The notes below the pieces were generated by a model, which did no database searches, was not told the DNA's origin, and worked only from the letters and a program-made list of their open reading frames with translations. Positions 18,574 through 29,344 of a stretch of 64,000 nucleotides of DNA are shown piece after piece; the stretch's first letter is position 1, and each line of letters starts with the position of its first letter. Source of the DNA: Candidatus Bathyarchaeia archaeon (GTDB lineage: Archaea > Thermoproteota > CALKCG01 > B24); assembly GCA_038870975.1 (NCBI GenBank), contig JAVZJD010000002.1, positions 672,001-736,000 of the forward strand, read 5' to 3'. The translations under genes and the position numbers were made by a program.

Positions 18574-21258
18574 TTAGAAGCTAAACGTTACTAGGATTGG
18601 TTTCTCAGGGGTTATGACAATGGTTTCCCTGAAAATTATTTCGACAAGGTTGTTCTCCCCAGGCTTAAAATGAGCCTCAACGGTTTTTCCAGCTATTAAA
18701 ACCTCTAACTTGATAGCACCAGCTTCAAATTTCAACGGAGATTCTAAAACCATACTTTTAAGGCTCAATTTACCATAGTTTAATTTAACTACGTTTTGCT
18801 GAGAATTGCTAAACCTCTTTTGAACGAACGTTCCCCATGCTCCATTAGCTGCAAAAATAGCCTTAAATGAATCCTTCGAAACCTTAGGTGCGAATTTTAT
18901 CCGTTTTTCAACTGCGTTGTAACTAAACCCTTCTAAAGCCGTCAAGAGGGCCCATACGTCCATAGCTCGGTAGTAGTGTCCACCACACTCCAAGTGGTTC
19001 CACGTCAAACCAGCTTTAGCATACCTATCGTAGACGTTTTTGGCTATGGCTAAGCCTTCATTTATTAATCCCTCTTGAATAAGCAGACTGGCGAAAGCAT
19101 ACTCAGTACCAGTCCAAGGTGTATCAGGCTGACTACCTATAGCCCAGGGCATGCCAACTTCATTAGGATACGCCATATCACCGTTTAAAGCTGGTCTTTT
19201 ACCGACAGCAGGATATGAACCGTTTATCAGCCCTTCGTCGTATTTCACATTATACTTTAGAATGGCTTTTAAAGCTGAGAGAATTTTACTCCTCTCGCAT
19301 ATAGGTGAGAGTTCTGTTAAGTTGGCATACCACTGCCCGCAGAGTTGATCGGTCATACATCCTTCATCTTTTAAGCCGCTTAATGGATCGCTCCAGAGGT
19401 TGAAATACTCGCCATTCCAAAGCATATCTTCAAAGTTTTTCAAGGCTTCTTCATAAATAGCTTTAATTTCACTAGCGTAATTTTCATCTTCCAAAACAGT
19501 AGCTATTCTTTGAACGGCTTTGAGGGCTGAAAGCCATATTCCGCATACGTAAGTGGAATATCCTAAGAAGCTCCATACATCATACGTTTGAAAGCCCATA
19601 GGTATGCTTAAGACGCCTCTCATAAATTCGAAGCCTGAAGGCGCGTAATGATATGGAAGCTTCTTATTGGCGGGGTCCATAGTTCTCAAGACGTTATCTA
19701 AAGCCTCTTTAACACTCTCCCAAAGCTCCCTCAGATTATTCTCATCACCAGTCCACAAGTAGTCTCTATACACGAGAAGTGCGTATTTAGGCATTAGATC
19801 AACCATGTGGTAGGCATCGACATCTTTAAAGGTCCCAGGGAAAAGATGCGGTATTCGACCTTTAGGGTCTAACCCCGTTTCTCTAACGACTTCGAGAAGG
19901 GCTTTCCTAAGTGTACTTGGCTCTGATAGAATTCTCGGGTTTTCTAAAGCCTTTTTAGCGAAGAGCATTCTATTCTCTGGAAAGCCTAAGACATATTCTT
20001 CATACCTTGGATTCTCAGGGTTAAGTTGAAACTTTGCCGTCAGCTTTAATTGAACTTTCTCAAGCTCTGGGAAAATTAGAGCTATCGGTATGGACCCGTA
20101 GAAGGTCACGTCTAACGTTTCAAGACCGCAACATCCAGGTCCACCCTCCCAAATAGCAAACGTCCCATCTTTCGTGTAGAAACTGCTCTTAACCATCGTT
20201 GTGAGTTGAGCAGACACAGCATCAACAACCCAGTAGTCTAAGCTAGTATCGTATAGTGTTTTATGGAAGCATTCCGTCATCTCTTTGAGCGTTTTAAGAT
20301 TTTCTACGACGTAAGTATCGACTTCTAAAGCATCTTTAAACCAGTTCTCATACATGTGGCCGATGAGGTTGCCTCTAGTATCTATATGGTTTGGAAAGAA
20401 CCAGGATAATATGAACACTATATCCCTCGCCTCGCCGGGTTTAAGAACTGTTTTAGAGCATAGAAGCCCGTAAACATCTTCTAAACTAAACGCTTCTAGA
20501 GTTTTAGAGTCTAAATGACCGTCACTTCTAAAGTCAACCCACATTCTCTTGAAAGACTGAGCTTTAGCAAGTAGACATGGTTCAAAAGATGCTTCAGGGT
20601 CCAATACTGTTAAAACCATAGAACCTCTGTATGTTGGATCTTTCTCAGGTACTCCTTCAGCCGCCATGAAAATAGAGGTTCTATCGGCTCTCTTAATGAT
20701 TCTCTGAATGTATTTCCTATTCTTAACTGGTTTGCCTATAGGGTTTTTCAAACACGATAGAAGGCTGACTTCAACCGTCTTATCAGTGGTATTTTGAATT
20801 CTAAATGCGAATATAGCTGTTGGAATACTCGAATTCTTCACATCTCCCGGTATAAATGGAGAAAAGGCTTCCAGCTCAACGTTTACCATAAGAAGTGAAT
20901 CGATAAAGCGTAGTTTTGCAAGTGGATACTCACCTAAATACTCTATAGATTCTACACCCTTAACCCATGGAAGCGTGTATAAATCGTATCCAAGCTCCAC
21001 ATCTACATACCCAAATCTCAAAAGACGTATGAGAGGTTCACCGTCCTTCGGTTTCAATCTGACCGCGAAAAATAGACCATTAGGATCCATATAGTCTTCT
21101 TTACCATCCTCCCATGGTGCGCCGCCACAACGCCAGGGCTTATTGTTAAATATCTGCCACTCGTAGAATTTTCCATCGGCTCTTATTTCAAAACTACCAG
21201 TCCCTATGCCTCCTAGAGGTATGCCAGATTCAGGTATGGGACTGACAACGTATTTCAT
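18574..21258 (-). CDS. GH116 glycoside hydrolase
   Basis: SGIPLGGIGTG, LWNGEYF, DQLCGQWY, WTGTEY, HLECGGHYYRAM. Confidence 0.92.
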   Translation of the reverse strand: MKYVVSPIPESGIPLGGIGTGSFEIRADGKFYEWQIFNNKPWRCGGAPWEDGKEDYMDPNGLFFAVRLKPKDGEPLIRLLRFGYVDVELGYDLYTLPWVKGVESIEYLGEYPLAKLRFIDSLLMVNVELEAFSPFIPGDVKNSSIPTAIFAFRIQNTTDKTVEVSLLSCLKNPIGKPVKNRKYIQRIIKRADRTSIFMAAEGVPEKDPTYRGSMVLTVLDPEASFEPCLLAKAQSFKRMWVDFRSDGHLDSKTLEAFSLEDVYGLLCSKTVLKPGEARDIVFILSWFFPNHIDTRGNLIGHMYENWFKDALEVDTYVVENLKTLKEMTECFHKTLYDTSLDYWVVDAVSAQLTTMVKSSFYTKDGTFAIWEGGPGCCGLETLDVTFYGSIPIALIFPELEKVQLKLTAKFQLNPENPRYEEYVLGFPENRMLFAKKALENPRILSEPSTLRKALLEVVRETGLDPKGRIPHLFPGTFKDVDAYHMVDLMPKYALLVYRDYLWTGDENNLRELWESVKEALDNVLRTMDPANKKLPYHYAPSGFEFMRGVLSIPMGFQTYDVWSFLGYSTYVCGIWLSALKAVQRIATVLEDENYASEIKAIYEEALKNFEDMLWNGEYFNLWSDPLSGLKDEGCMTDQLCGQWYANLTELSPICERSKILSALKAILKYNVKYDEGLINGSYPAVGKRPALNGDMAYPNEVGMPWAIGSQPDTPWTGTEYAFASLLIQEGLINEGLAIAKNVYDRYAKAGLTWNHLECGGHYYRAMDVWALLTALEGFSYNAVEKRIKFAPKVSKDSFKAIFAANGAWGTFVQKRFSNSQQNVVKLNYGKLSLKSMVLESPLKFEAGAIKLEVLIAGKTVEAHFKPGENNLVEIIFRETIVITPEKPILVTFSF

Positions 21259-21305
21259 GGGTATACCGTTAAAATACTGAGTGAACGATTATGAAAAACT
21301 TTTTC

Positions 21306-22475
21306 CTATACTATATGGATTAGCTCGTACTGAAGGCTACCCAATCCGAGCTTTGAAGACGCTTCTAACACCACGTAGGGGACTGGTTCCCCGTCTTTCC
21401 GGGCGAAATTTAACGGCTCCCAGAGGTTTATCTGAGCCAGTTTATCTACTCCTATGCTCGTAATTTTCAATTCTTCAGCTGCAGAGCTAGGTATTCCAGG
21501 TGCTTCTCTTATAAGGTCTATAGAGGCTTTATCTATAGCCACAGGGTCTTTTGAGGCTAAAACACCGATATCTGGAACCATGGGAATATCGCTATATGTA
21601 AAACAGTCGCAATGTGGAGTTATATCGTAGGCTAGATTTATGAAGCCGACTTTTGGTGTGAAATGTTTAACCACTCCGTACGCTGCGTCCGCTACAGCAA
21701 GGCCAAATTCTACTTGGGTTCTATGTCTCTCTCGAAAGCTTGAAATAGCATTCTCAGGACATATGCTCCAGCATCCACACCCCAGTAGGCACTTATCAGA
21801 ATCGATATAAGCCTTTCCATTTTTAACTTCGATAGCGCCTACTGGGCAGAATTTAACGCATAGAGCACATCCATTGCACTTATCGCCTTTAACATATGGA
21901 GGACTCTTTAAGTGTATTAAAGCCTTAGTAGTCTTATTGACACAGCCTACCGCTATATTCTTTATAGCTCCACCTAAACCAGTTCTAGGATGCCCCTTAA
22001 CATGGGCTAACGATATCAGAGCATCTGCTTCCGCTAGGACAGATGGCAGGGATATTTCCTTTAAAACTAAACCGTCGATTTCCACCTTCACCCCTTCAAG
22101 TCCCTTTAAACCATCCGCTACAATTATAGGCGCTCCAACAGTCTCTCTCGTGAAACCGTTCAGAGCAGCTACTTCAATACATTTCAATGCATCCCCCCGA
22201 CTTGAAGTTAAATCTAAACCCGTTGTATCTGTTACAAAAGGAGAACCGCCGAGTTCTCTAACCAATTCAACAACTGTTCTCACATGTTTAGGCCTCACAT
22301 AGGTATGGCCATATCTTTCGCCTATGTGTATTTTAACAGCTACGATGTCGCCTTTACCGATGGCTGCATCCAACCCCGCTTCTTTGAAAACCCGCCTAAT
22401 CTTATGTACTAGAGACTCCTCCTCCCTCTTAGCTCTAGAGGAGCTAAAATAAACTTTAGATAACACAACTATCAA
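21306..22475 (-). CDS. DUF362 domain Fe-S protein
   Basis: VKIHIGE, HVKGH, ferredoxin-like Cys motifs, TPHCDC, DPVAIDKA. Confidence 0.88.
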   Translation of the reverse strand: MIVVLSKVYFSSSRAKREEESLVHKIRRVFKEAGLDAAIGKGDIVAVKIHIGERYGHTYVRPKHVRTVVELVRELGGSPFVTDTTGLDLTSSRGDALKCIEVAALNGFTRETVGAPIIVADGLKGLEGVKVEIDGLVLKEISLPSVLAEADALISLAHVKGHPRTGLGGAIKNIAVGCVNKTTKALIHLKSPPYVKGDKCNGCALCVKFCPVGAIEVKNGKAYIDSDKCLLGCGCWSICPENAISSFRERHRTQVEFGLAVADAAYGVVKHFTPKVGFINLAYDITPHCDCFTYSDIPMVPDIGVLASKDPVAIDKASIDLIREAPGIPSSAAEELKITSIGVDKLAQINLWEPLNFARKDGEPVPYVVLEASSKLGLGSLQYELIHIV

Positions 22476-22514
22476 AGTGATGCATGAGCCTATTTAAGGT
22501 TTAAAGCCTTCGGT

Positions 22515-22823
22515 TTAAGATATCCGGACTTCCACATATACGTCGTCCGGTATTCTAACCCTCATCAGCCTTCTTACAAACCTCTCATCGGCAGTTATGT
22601 AGAATAGCCGTTTATGGATTTTCATAACCCACTTATCGAATGTTTCACTACCCTCTCCACACGGAGACTTACGTGTAACCACCTTAAGCTTTTTAGTTGG
22701 AAGAAAAACGGGACCTGATACTTTAACGCCTGTTTTTTCAGCTATATCTTTAATCTCATTACAAACAGCATCCAGCTTTTTCAAATCTGTAGATGCGAGC
22801 TTTATTCTAGCCTTTTGAACCAT
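22515..22823 (-). CDS. rps10: 30S ribosomal protein S10
   Basis: KARIKLAS...GPVFLPTK...RKSPCGEG...IHKRL. Confidence 0.96.
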   Translation of the reverse strand: MVQKARIKLASTDLKKLDAVCNEIKDIAEKTGVKVSGPVFLPTKKLKVVTRKSPCGEGSETFDKWVMKIHKRLFYITADERFVRRLMRVRIPDDVYVEVRIS

Positions 22824-22870
22824 AGTGGCTCAGCACCTAGATTGAGAGGTACGACTAGTATTTAAAGTTT

Positions 22871-24013
22871 CTAAAAAGCCTCTACGAAAAACCTACGTAT
22901 ATCATCTTCTGACACAGACCTAGGGTTGTTTTCAAGATTTCGCCTGTACTGCATCGTTTCATATACGAAGATATCCACTTCATTCTCTTTAACACCGAGA
23001 CTTCTAAGACTTTTAGGAACCCCTAGCTCAGTTTGAAGCTTTACAATCATTTCAACCAGCTTATTGACGGCTTCATCGCTACTTTCATACTTAAAACCCA
23101 GGTAATCTAGGAGACGTATGACTTTATCGACCACTACTGGTGCGTTAAACATTAGCGCTAAAGGTAGAAATATTGAGTTGGCCAAGCCGTGGTGAACCCC
23201 ATGGTGAGTTGTAAGATAGTATCCCAGTCCATGGATAACGGTTGTTCCAGCACAGTTTATAGCCAATCCTCCTAGGAGGCTTGCGTAGTGTAGGCTGTCA
23301 CGGGCCTCCGGCTTACATGAGGCATTCTTTAAATCCCTTATTATAATCTTCATGCATTCTAAAGCGAAAAGGTCTGACAGTGGTTGAGAAGATTTAGACC
23401 AGTAGGCTTCAATAGCATGAGAGAAAGCGTCTAGAGCTGTGTATACAGTTAAACTTTTAGGTAAGTATTTGAGCACATCCGGGTCTATTATTGCAATCTT
23501 GGGGATAAGTGGATACCCGGCAACTACAACCTTCCTCTTAGCCTTTAAATCCAACAGAAGAGAATACCTCGTCACTTCACTGCCAGTACCACAGGTTGTA
23601 GGAATCGCAACTACTGGGAGGACTTCATCTTCAACGACATAGGGGTAAATGTAGTTTCTCACGTCTCCATTTTTAATGGATAGAAGAGCTATTGCTTTAG
23701 CAGCATCTATAACGCTTCCACCTCCAAAGCCTACGATAAAATCTACATTTAAACTCCTACATACAGAAGCACCCAATTCCACTGTTTCGAAAGATGGGTT
23801 TTGCTCAACTTTATCGAAAACTGAGACTTTAACACCTGAACTCTCCATATTGAAAGTAAGCTGTTCCAAATAGCCGTATCTCCTCGCAAACGTCTTACCG
23901 GTTACTAGTAAAGCTCTATCGCCTAGTCGATTTACACAAGCTCCAAGTTCTTGGAGTTTACCTCTACCGAATATTACTCTAGTTGGAGTGTAGAATGTGA
24001 ATGGGATACTCAT
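22871..24013 (-). CDS. Iron-containing alcohol dehydrogenase
   Basis: GGGSVIDAAK, IPTTCGTGSE, DAFSHAIE, HHGLAN. Confidence 0.93.
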   Translation of the reverse strand: MSIPFTFYTPTRVIFGRGKLQELGACVNRLGDRALLVTGKTFARRYGYLEQLTFNMESSGVKVSVFDKVEQNPSFETVELGASVCRSLNVDFIVGFGGGSVIDAAKAIALLSIKNGDVRNYIYPYVVEDEVLPVVAIPTTCGTGSEVTRYSLLLDLKAKRKVVVAGYPLIPKIAIIDPDVLKYLPKSLTVYTALDAFSHAIEAYWSKSSQPLSDLFALECMKIIIRDLKNASCKPEARDSLHYASLLGGLAINCAGTTVIHGLGYYLTTHHGVHHGLANSIFLPLALMFNAPVVVDKVIRLLDYLGFKYESSDEAVNKLVEMIVKLQTELGVPKSLRSLGVKENEVDIFVYETMQYRRNLENNPRSVSEDDIRRFFVEAF

Positions 24014-24039
24014 ACAGTAGGACTTAGCATAGTAGACGT

Positions 24040-24924
24040 TTAAAACTTTTCAAGTCTTCTAAAAGTATCAAGTATCTGTTTATCTAAAGGAGGATGCTTT
24101 CTAACCCTACGCTTTTTAGCCGGGTAAGGACCAACAACCGTTAATGCTTTTTCAGCCAACTGGTCAAGCTCTCCTTCTTTGAAAGACTTCCAAGCAGAAT
24201 AGTGTTTAAACGACGTAGGATCTATCCAGCTCGGCTCGAATTTTCTGAGGTCTGATGGGGCTATACATACGCACACTACATCGAGCACTCTATGAAGACT
24301 TAGTGGACATGTGAAGACCCTCTGAGGATCCATAAGGTTTTCGACTTTCAAATTCTGAGACCTATTTGTAAGCTCTAGCAGAGAGGGGGAGGTTTTTAAA
24401 ATTACGTATTCAACTACGGCGTATGCTGCGTCAAATGGGTTGAATTTAGAAAGCATTTCCCTTGATAGAGATTTCTCATGTATGTGGATATGACAGCCTT
24501 CACCGGACCATTTAACGTAAAGAGATTCTCTAACATTCATGTCTCTGAGGAAATCCAATATTATTTCAGCGGCTTTTACAGTTGTCCTCCATTCTGATAG
24601 CGTATTGTCAACATCCCACGATGGAGTACACGCTATAATATTCTCATCATCATACAAATCCTCTTTTATGCTGATCTTCCTGTAGACTTTAGCTGAAGCA
24701 TAAATAGTTCTTAGATGTTTTCCTTTAGAAACTCTAATCTTTTCTAAATCTTCAGAGCTTCTTAGCGTTAGAGGAGAACCGTAGGTAGTGTATCTGTGAA
24801 AAGACCCATCCGTGTAGTATACGGCGACCCATCTGTTTTTGGAGAATTCTAAAATCTCGCTTATAACCTCTGGTTTAGCGTAGTGTATGGAGGCTAAGTT
24901 TGAAAAGCTATAGCCTAATGTCAC
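24040..24924 (-). CDS. Archaeo-eukaryotic primase (AEP) superfamily protein
   Basis: WDVD (motif I), WSGEGCHIH (motif II), RVFTCPLSLH. Confidence 0.72.
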   Translation of the reverse strand: MTLGYSFSNLASIHYAKPEVISEILEFSKNRWVAVYYTDGSFHRYTTYGSPLTLRSSEDLEKIRVSKGKHLRTIYASAKVYRKISIKEDLYDDENIIACTPSWDVDNTLSEWRTTVKAAEIILDFLRDMNVRESLYVKWSGEGCHIHIHEKSLSREMLSKFNPFDAAYAVVEYVILKTSPSLLELTNRSQNLKVENLMDPQRVFTCPLSLHRVLDVVCVCIAPSDLRKFEPSWIDPTSFKHYSAWKSFKEGELDQLAEKALTVVGPYPAKKRRVRKHPPLDKQILDTFRRLEKF

Positions 24925-25196
24925 ATATGAAAGTTTTAGCTGTTTACATTATTCATTTTTATTGACAACTAGGCTTATAATTGCTGGTGTTTTTAAACCT
25001 GGTTTTCACAGTAGACTAATTATAAAAATGTGGCTCCAAAACCCCGCACAGAGTCTCATACCGCTATGGCAGTTAAGAATCGGCCATAAGAGATTTTAAA
25101 GCAGAGACAGGGGATTTTAACGCATCTAAAAAATCTACCGTTAGAGGAGAGGCTAGATAAGATGGATTTAGGATAAAAATAGTGGAGTGGAGGAGC

Positions 25197-25628
25197 CTAC
25201 TGTGGAATTTCAGAGACTATTCGCTCTATTATCTCTTTAGCTTTCTTAAGCTTATCTAAAACCATTGTTAGATAATCTAAGCCTTCTTCAGTTATCGTGT
25301 AAACCCTTTTAGCGGGTCCACTTTCTTTAATTTCCCAAGTTGAAGCTAAAAGGCCCTGGTGTTCCATAATTCTCAAAAGCCCATAGACTAGAGGCTTTGG
25401 AACATCCATATTAAATTTGTCTTTCAACGCCTGGTGGATTTCGCTTCCATGCGCTGGCTTAGACCTAACTATGCTTAAAATCGCCATGTGCAATAACCCT
25501 TTAAGAGGGACGCCTTTAAACTCAATAAATGGACCTGGATGTATGGGTGGCGGATGTCCACAGTGTATATGGTGATGATGCGGATGCCCTTTGGGAATAA
25601 TCACGTCACGATTCTCTTCTCCACACAA
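25197..25628 (-). CDS. PadR family regulator with His/Cys-rich N-terminus
   Basis: HGSEI, WEIKESGPAKRVYTITEEG; HPHHHHIHCGH. Confidence 0.88.
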   Translation of the reverse strand: MCGEENRDVIIPKGHPHHHHIHCGHPPPIHPGPFIEFKGVPLKGLLHMAILSIVRSKPAHGSEIHQALKDKFNMDVPKPLVYGLLRIMEHQGLLASTWEIKESGPAKRVYTITEEGLDYLTMVLDKLKKAKEIIERIVSEIPQ

Positions 25629-25699
25629 TAAGATCCCTATTTAGGTATAAAATATATCTAGATATAAAAACTTTTCTATAGTTTGTTAATATGAGGCTA

Positions 25700-26518
25700 C
25701 TATGGGATTTCTTCCTCTCTAGACTTCTTAGCTTTAAGGATTTTTTCAGCCACCTTCCTAGGGAGTACTGTGTCTTCTCTCCTCTCCACCACGGGACCTA
25801 ATATGACTAAGCCTCTACCGTCAACTATGCTTATTTCATGTAAGTTTAAGCTATGAGGTGTATGTCTCATCTTCTCGATTAGAATATACCGTCTTAAGAC
25901 GCCTCCTTTAACACTTCTTCTAAACCTTACTATTCCATCAGCTACGTGCTCAATACCCCAGCCGAAGCTCTCAGAAGTTGTAACGGCGTACTGTGAAGTT
26001 GCCAGAATCGTGAAATCCCACTTTGATAGGACCTTCTTAATGTAGTAGCTGTATCTCCTAGCCATAGCTGGTTTATCCAGCCAGAAGGCCGACATAGAAT
26101 CCAATACAAGTCTGGCTCTACCATAGCCCAGTTTTCGTTTAGCTTCAACAACTTTGTTTACAAGCTCTTCAACGTCTAAAGTTTTAAGAGACCAAGGGTC
26201 TTCACTGGACATTAGAGCGTCTACGATTATCAGCTTATCGGTTTCAATGGCTGTTTTAAAGTCTATACCGAATTGTGCTGCCTGTCTTACTATAGATTCT
26301 CTTGCCTCTTCCGTAGTAACATATATGCATTTATCTCCTACTTTAACACCCTGAGCTATGAAATGTATGCATAGGACTGTTTTACCAGTTCCAGGTTCAC
26401 CTGTAACAGCTACTAGAAAGCCCCTTGGAATCCCGCCAGCGAGTAATACATCTAAAGCCTCTATTCCAGTTGAAAGCCTCTCAACACGGCTTAGACTAGA
26501 TAGCCCTGGAGAAGCCAT
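25700..26518 (-). CDS. Single-domain KaiC-like ATPase
   Basis: RLSTGI, GEPGTGKT, TTEE, EHVADG, IEKMR. Confidence 0.92.
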   Translation of the reverse strand: MASPGLSSLSRVERLSTGIEALDVLLAGGIPRGFLVAVTGEPGTGKTVLCIHFIAQGVKVGDKCIYVTTEEARESIVRQAAQFGIDFKTAIETDKLIIVDALMSSEDPWSLKTLDVEELVNKVVEAKRKLGYGRARLVLDSMSAFWLDKPAMARRYSYYIKKVLSKWDFTILATSQYAVTTSESFGWGIEHVADGIVRFRRSVKGGVLRRYILIEKMRHTPHSLNLHEISIVDGRGLVILGPVVERREDTVLPRKVAEKILKAKKSREEEIP

Positions 26519-26703
26519 CTCTAATACTTTAAAATGTAGAATTGTTTAAGATAAATCTTAACAGTAGTACATCAGTAGAACCGTTTAAAAATTGTCGTTT
26601 AAAGATTACGTGTTAAAAAGTTAATGTCTTTACATTTAAATTGTTGATGAGCTACTTGCTAAAGTTTAAAAATTTGAAGCAATCTCTCCCCTCTTAGAGA
26701 AAC

Positions 26704-28494
26704 ATGTTGTTTAGAAGGCTTGTAGAAGTCTTCGAAAGCCTTGAATCGACTACTAAAAGGCTTGAAATGACGGATATTCTAGTGAAGCTTTTCAAGGAAA
26801 CACCTAGCAATGATATAGATAAAGTGGTTTTTTTAACACTGGGTGAAATTTATCCGCCTTTTATAGGCTTAGAGCTTGGATTGGCGGAGAAATTGGCTGT
26901 AAGAGCGTTATCGCTAGCAACTGGTGTTAAAGAGGAGAGTATAGTTGAAGATTTAAAGAAGACTGGCGACCTTGGTCAGACGGGTGAAAACATCCTGTCC
27001 AATCGTAAATCTAGAACTCTGTTTTTCAGAGAACCTTTAACAGTTGATAAGGTTTACAGTACTTTGGAGAAAATATGTAGAGCCACCGGTAAAGGCGCTC
27101 AAGACCTTAAAATTAAATACTTAGCTGGGCTTTTAACGAATTCAGAGCCTAAAGAGGCGAAGTATATCCTTAGGATAGCTCAAGGTAGGCTTAGACTCGG
27201 AATAGCTGACATGACCATTCTAGATGCTTTAGCGATTGCATTCTGCGGAGGCAAGGAGTTTAGAGAGGTAATAGAGAGAGCTTACAACCTGTCTAGTGAC
27301 ATAGGGCTTGTGGCTAAAACGCTGGCTGAAGGTGGTTTTGAAGCCATTAAAAACTTTAAGGTAACCATAGGTAGACCCATAAAGCCTCAATTGGCAGAGA
27401 GATTATCAACTATAGAGGAGATTTTAGAGAAGATAGGTGGAGAATGCTACGCAGAGTATAAGTATGACGGCTTGAGAATTCAAGCTCACATTTCCCCCAG
27501 TGAGATAATCTTGTTCTCAAGGAGACAGGAAAACCTCACGCAGCAGTTTCCAGATGTAGTTGAAGCCCTTAGAGATGCTGTTAAAGCTAAAGAAGCCATC
27601 TTAGACGGTGAATGCGTTCCAGTAGACCCCCACACTGGAGAGCTTCTACCATTCCAAGTAGTTGCACATAGGAGGGGCCGTAAATACGACGTTGAAAAGA
27701 TGGTTGAAGAAGTCCCAGTCGTATATTTTGTGTTTGACTTGCTTTATGTTGATGGGGAAGATTTAACCGTTAGACCTTACTCTGAACGTAGGGAGAAACT
27801 TAAAGATGTCGTTGGAGAAACTGCGAAGGTTAAGTTGGCAGAGTACATAGTTTCAAAAGACCCTTCTGAGATTGAGAGGTTTTTCCATAAGGCTGTTCAA
27901 GAAGGCAGTGAGGGGTTGCTATGTAAATCTCCCGGTAGTCTCTACGAGGCTGGTAAAAGAGGATGGGCTTGGATAAAGTGGAAGAGAAGCTACAGGTCTG
28001 AGATGACAGACACTGTGGATTTGACTGTTGTAGGGGCTTTTGCAGGTAAAGGTAAGAGAGCTGGAACCTATGGCGCTCTTCTCATGGCTGCATATAACCC
28101 GGATGAAGACGTGTTTGAAACCGTCTGTAAGCTTGGCAGTGGTTTCACAGACGAGGATCTAGCTAAGCTTCCTGAAATATTTAAATCCTACATGAGGAAA
28201 GACCCGCATCCTAGGGTTAAAACGATAATGAAGGCTGATTACTGGTTTACTCCAGCCATCGTATTAGAAGTGATAGGGGATGAAATTACCCTAAGCCCTA
28301 TGCACACCTGCGGCATGGATGCTATAAGACCCGGTTCAGGGCTAGCCATAAGATTTCCAAGACTCGTAAGATTTAGAGATGATAAGTCACCAGAAGACTC
28401 TACGACAGTATCTGAAATGATTGAGATGTATAAGCGTCAACTTAAAAAGATAGAGCAAACTCAAATTCCTTCCGAGGAGAAGGAGTGGAGTTAA
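26704..28494 (+). CDS. lig: ATP-dependent DNA ligase
   Basis: EYKYDGLR, LDGE, EGLLCK, WIKWK, IRFPR. Confidence 0.97.
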   Translation: MLFRRLVEVFESLESTTKRLEMTDILVKLFKETPSNDIDKVVFLTLGEIYPPFIGLELGLAEKLAVRALSLATGVKEESIVEDLKKTGDLGQTGENILSNRKSRTLFFREPLTVDKVYSTLEKICRATGKGAQDLKIKYLAGLLTNSEPKEAKYILRIAQGRLRLGIADMTILDALAIAFCGGKEFREVIERAYNLSSDIGLVAKTLAEGGFEAIKNFKVTIGRPIKPQLAERLSTIEEILEKIGGECYAEYKYDGLRIQAHISPSEIILFSRRQENLTQQFPDVVEALRDAVKAKEAILDGECVPVDPHTGELLPFQVVAHRRGRKYDVEKMVEEVPVVYFVFDLLYVDGEDLTVRPYSERREKLKDVVGETAKVKLAEYIVSKDPSEIERFFHKAVQEGSEGLLCKSPGSLYEAGKRGWAWIKWKRSYRSEMTDTVDLTVVGAFAGKGKRAGTYGALLMAAYNPDEDVFETVCKLGSGFTDEDLAKLPEIFKSYMRKDPHPRVKTIMKADYWFTPAIVLEVIGDEITLSPMHTCGMDAIRPGSGLAIRFPRLVRFRDDKSPEDSTTVSEMIEMYKRQLKKIEQTQIPSEEKEWS

Positions 28495-29315
28495 CATCCA
28501 TCGAATACGGATACGTCAAGTGTAAAACCGCCCTTTCAAAAAGCGCACTTCCAGGTCTAGACTACAGCTTAAATCCATACGTTGGTTGTGGCCACGGATG
28601 TATATATTGCTATGCTAAAGCCACGCTTAGAGACGAAGTTAAAGCTCTAAAATGGGGAAGGTTTGTCTTAATTAAGAGAGGCTTAGTTGAAGTACTTGCA
28701 AAAGAGGCTTTGAGAAAACCTAAAGGCATCGTGGGTTTAAGTACAGTTACAGACCCCTATCAACAGATTGAAGAAGTAACGAAGCTTAGTAGGAAGTGCT
28801 TAGAAGTTCTAGTCAAGAGAGGTTTTAAGGTTTCAATACAAACGAAGTCTAAATTGGTTCTTAGAGACTTAGATTTAATCACGCTCGGAGGCTTCGACGT
28901 GGGGTTGACGATTACGACCATGGATGATTACCTGGCGTCTCTTATGGAGCCTAGAGCTTCTAAACCCTCAGAGCGGGCTGAAGCACTGAAAAGACTTTCG
29001 GAAGAAGGGGTTGAAACTTGGCTTTTCCTAGGACCCATAATTCCGGAGCTGAACGACTCAGAGGAAAGTATACATGAAGTCGTAGAAGTTGCTTCTGAAA
29101 CTGGGAGTGAGCTTATAGTGGATAAACTAAATCTTAGAAGGTGGGTTTTAGACGGTATGAAGCCTTTTCTAGACGAATACAAGCCGAAACTTGCGGAAAA
29201 ACTCCCTATGATGCTTAAACCCAATTCACAGTACTTGAGAATGCTACACGATAGGGTTAAACGGATATGTAATGAACATGGTTTAAACTACAGTCTGTTC
29301 GATTTCACAAAATAG
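28485..29315 (+). CDS. Radical SAM protein, SplB/Rv2578c-like
   Basis: NPYVGCGHGCIYCYA, TVTDPYQ, IQTKS. Confidence 0.88.
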   Translation: MELTSIEYGYVKCKTALSKSALPGLDYSLNPYVGCGHGCIYCYAKATLRDEVKALKWGRFVLIKRGLVEVLAKEALRKPKGIVGLSTVTDPYQQIEEVTKLSRKCLEVLVKRGFKVSIQTKSKLVLRDLDLITLGGFDVGLTITTMDDYLASLMEPRASKPSERAEALKRLSEEGVETWLFLGPIIPELNDSEESIHEVVEVASETGSELIVDKLNLRRWVLDGMKPFLDEYKPKLAEKLPMMLKPNSQYLRMLHDRVKRICNEHGLNYSLFDFTK

Positions 29316-29344
29316 TTATATACGTTTAATGCTATGTTTACAAT

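Noticed and set aside
25035-25120. Nested inverted repeats (AAAACCCC/GGGGATTTT, TATGGC/GCCATA) in an intergenic gap
   Set aside because: Short imperfect stems with no recognisable RNA family motif
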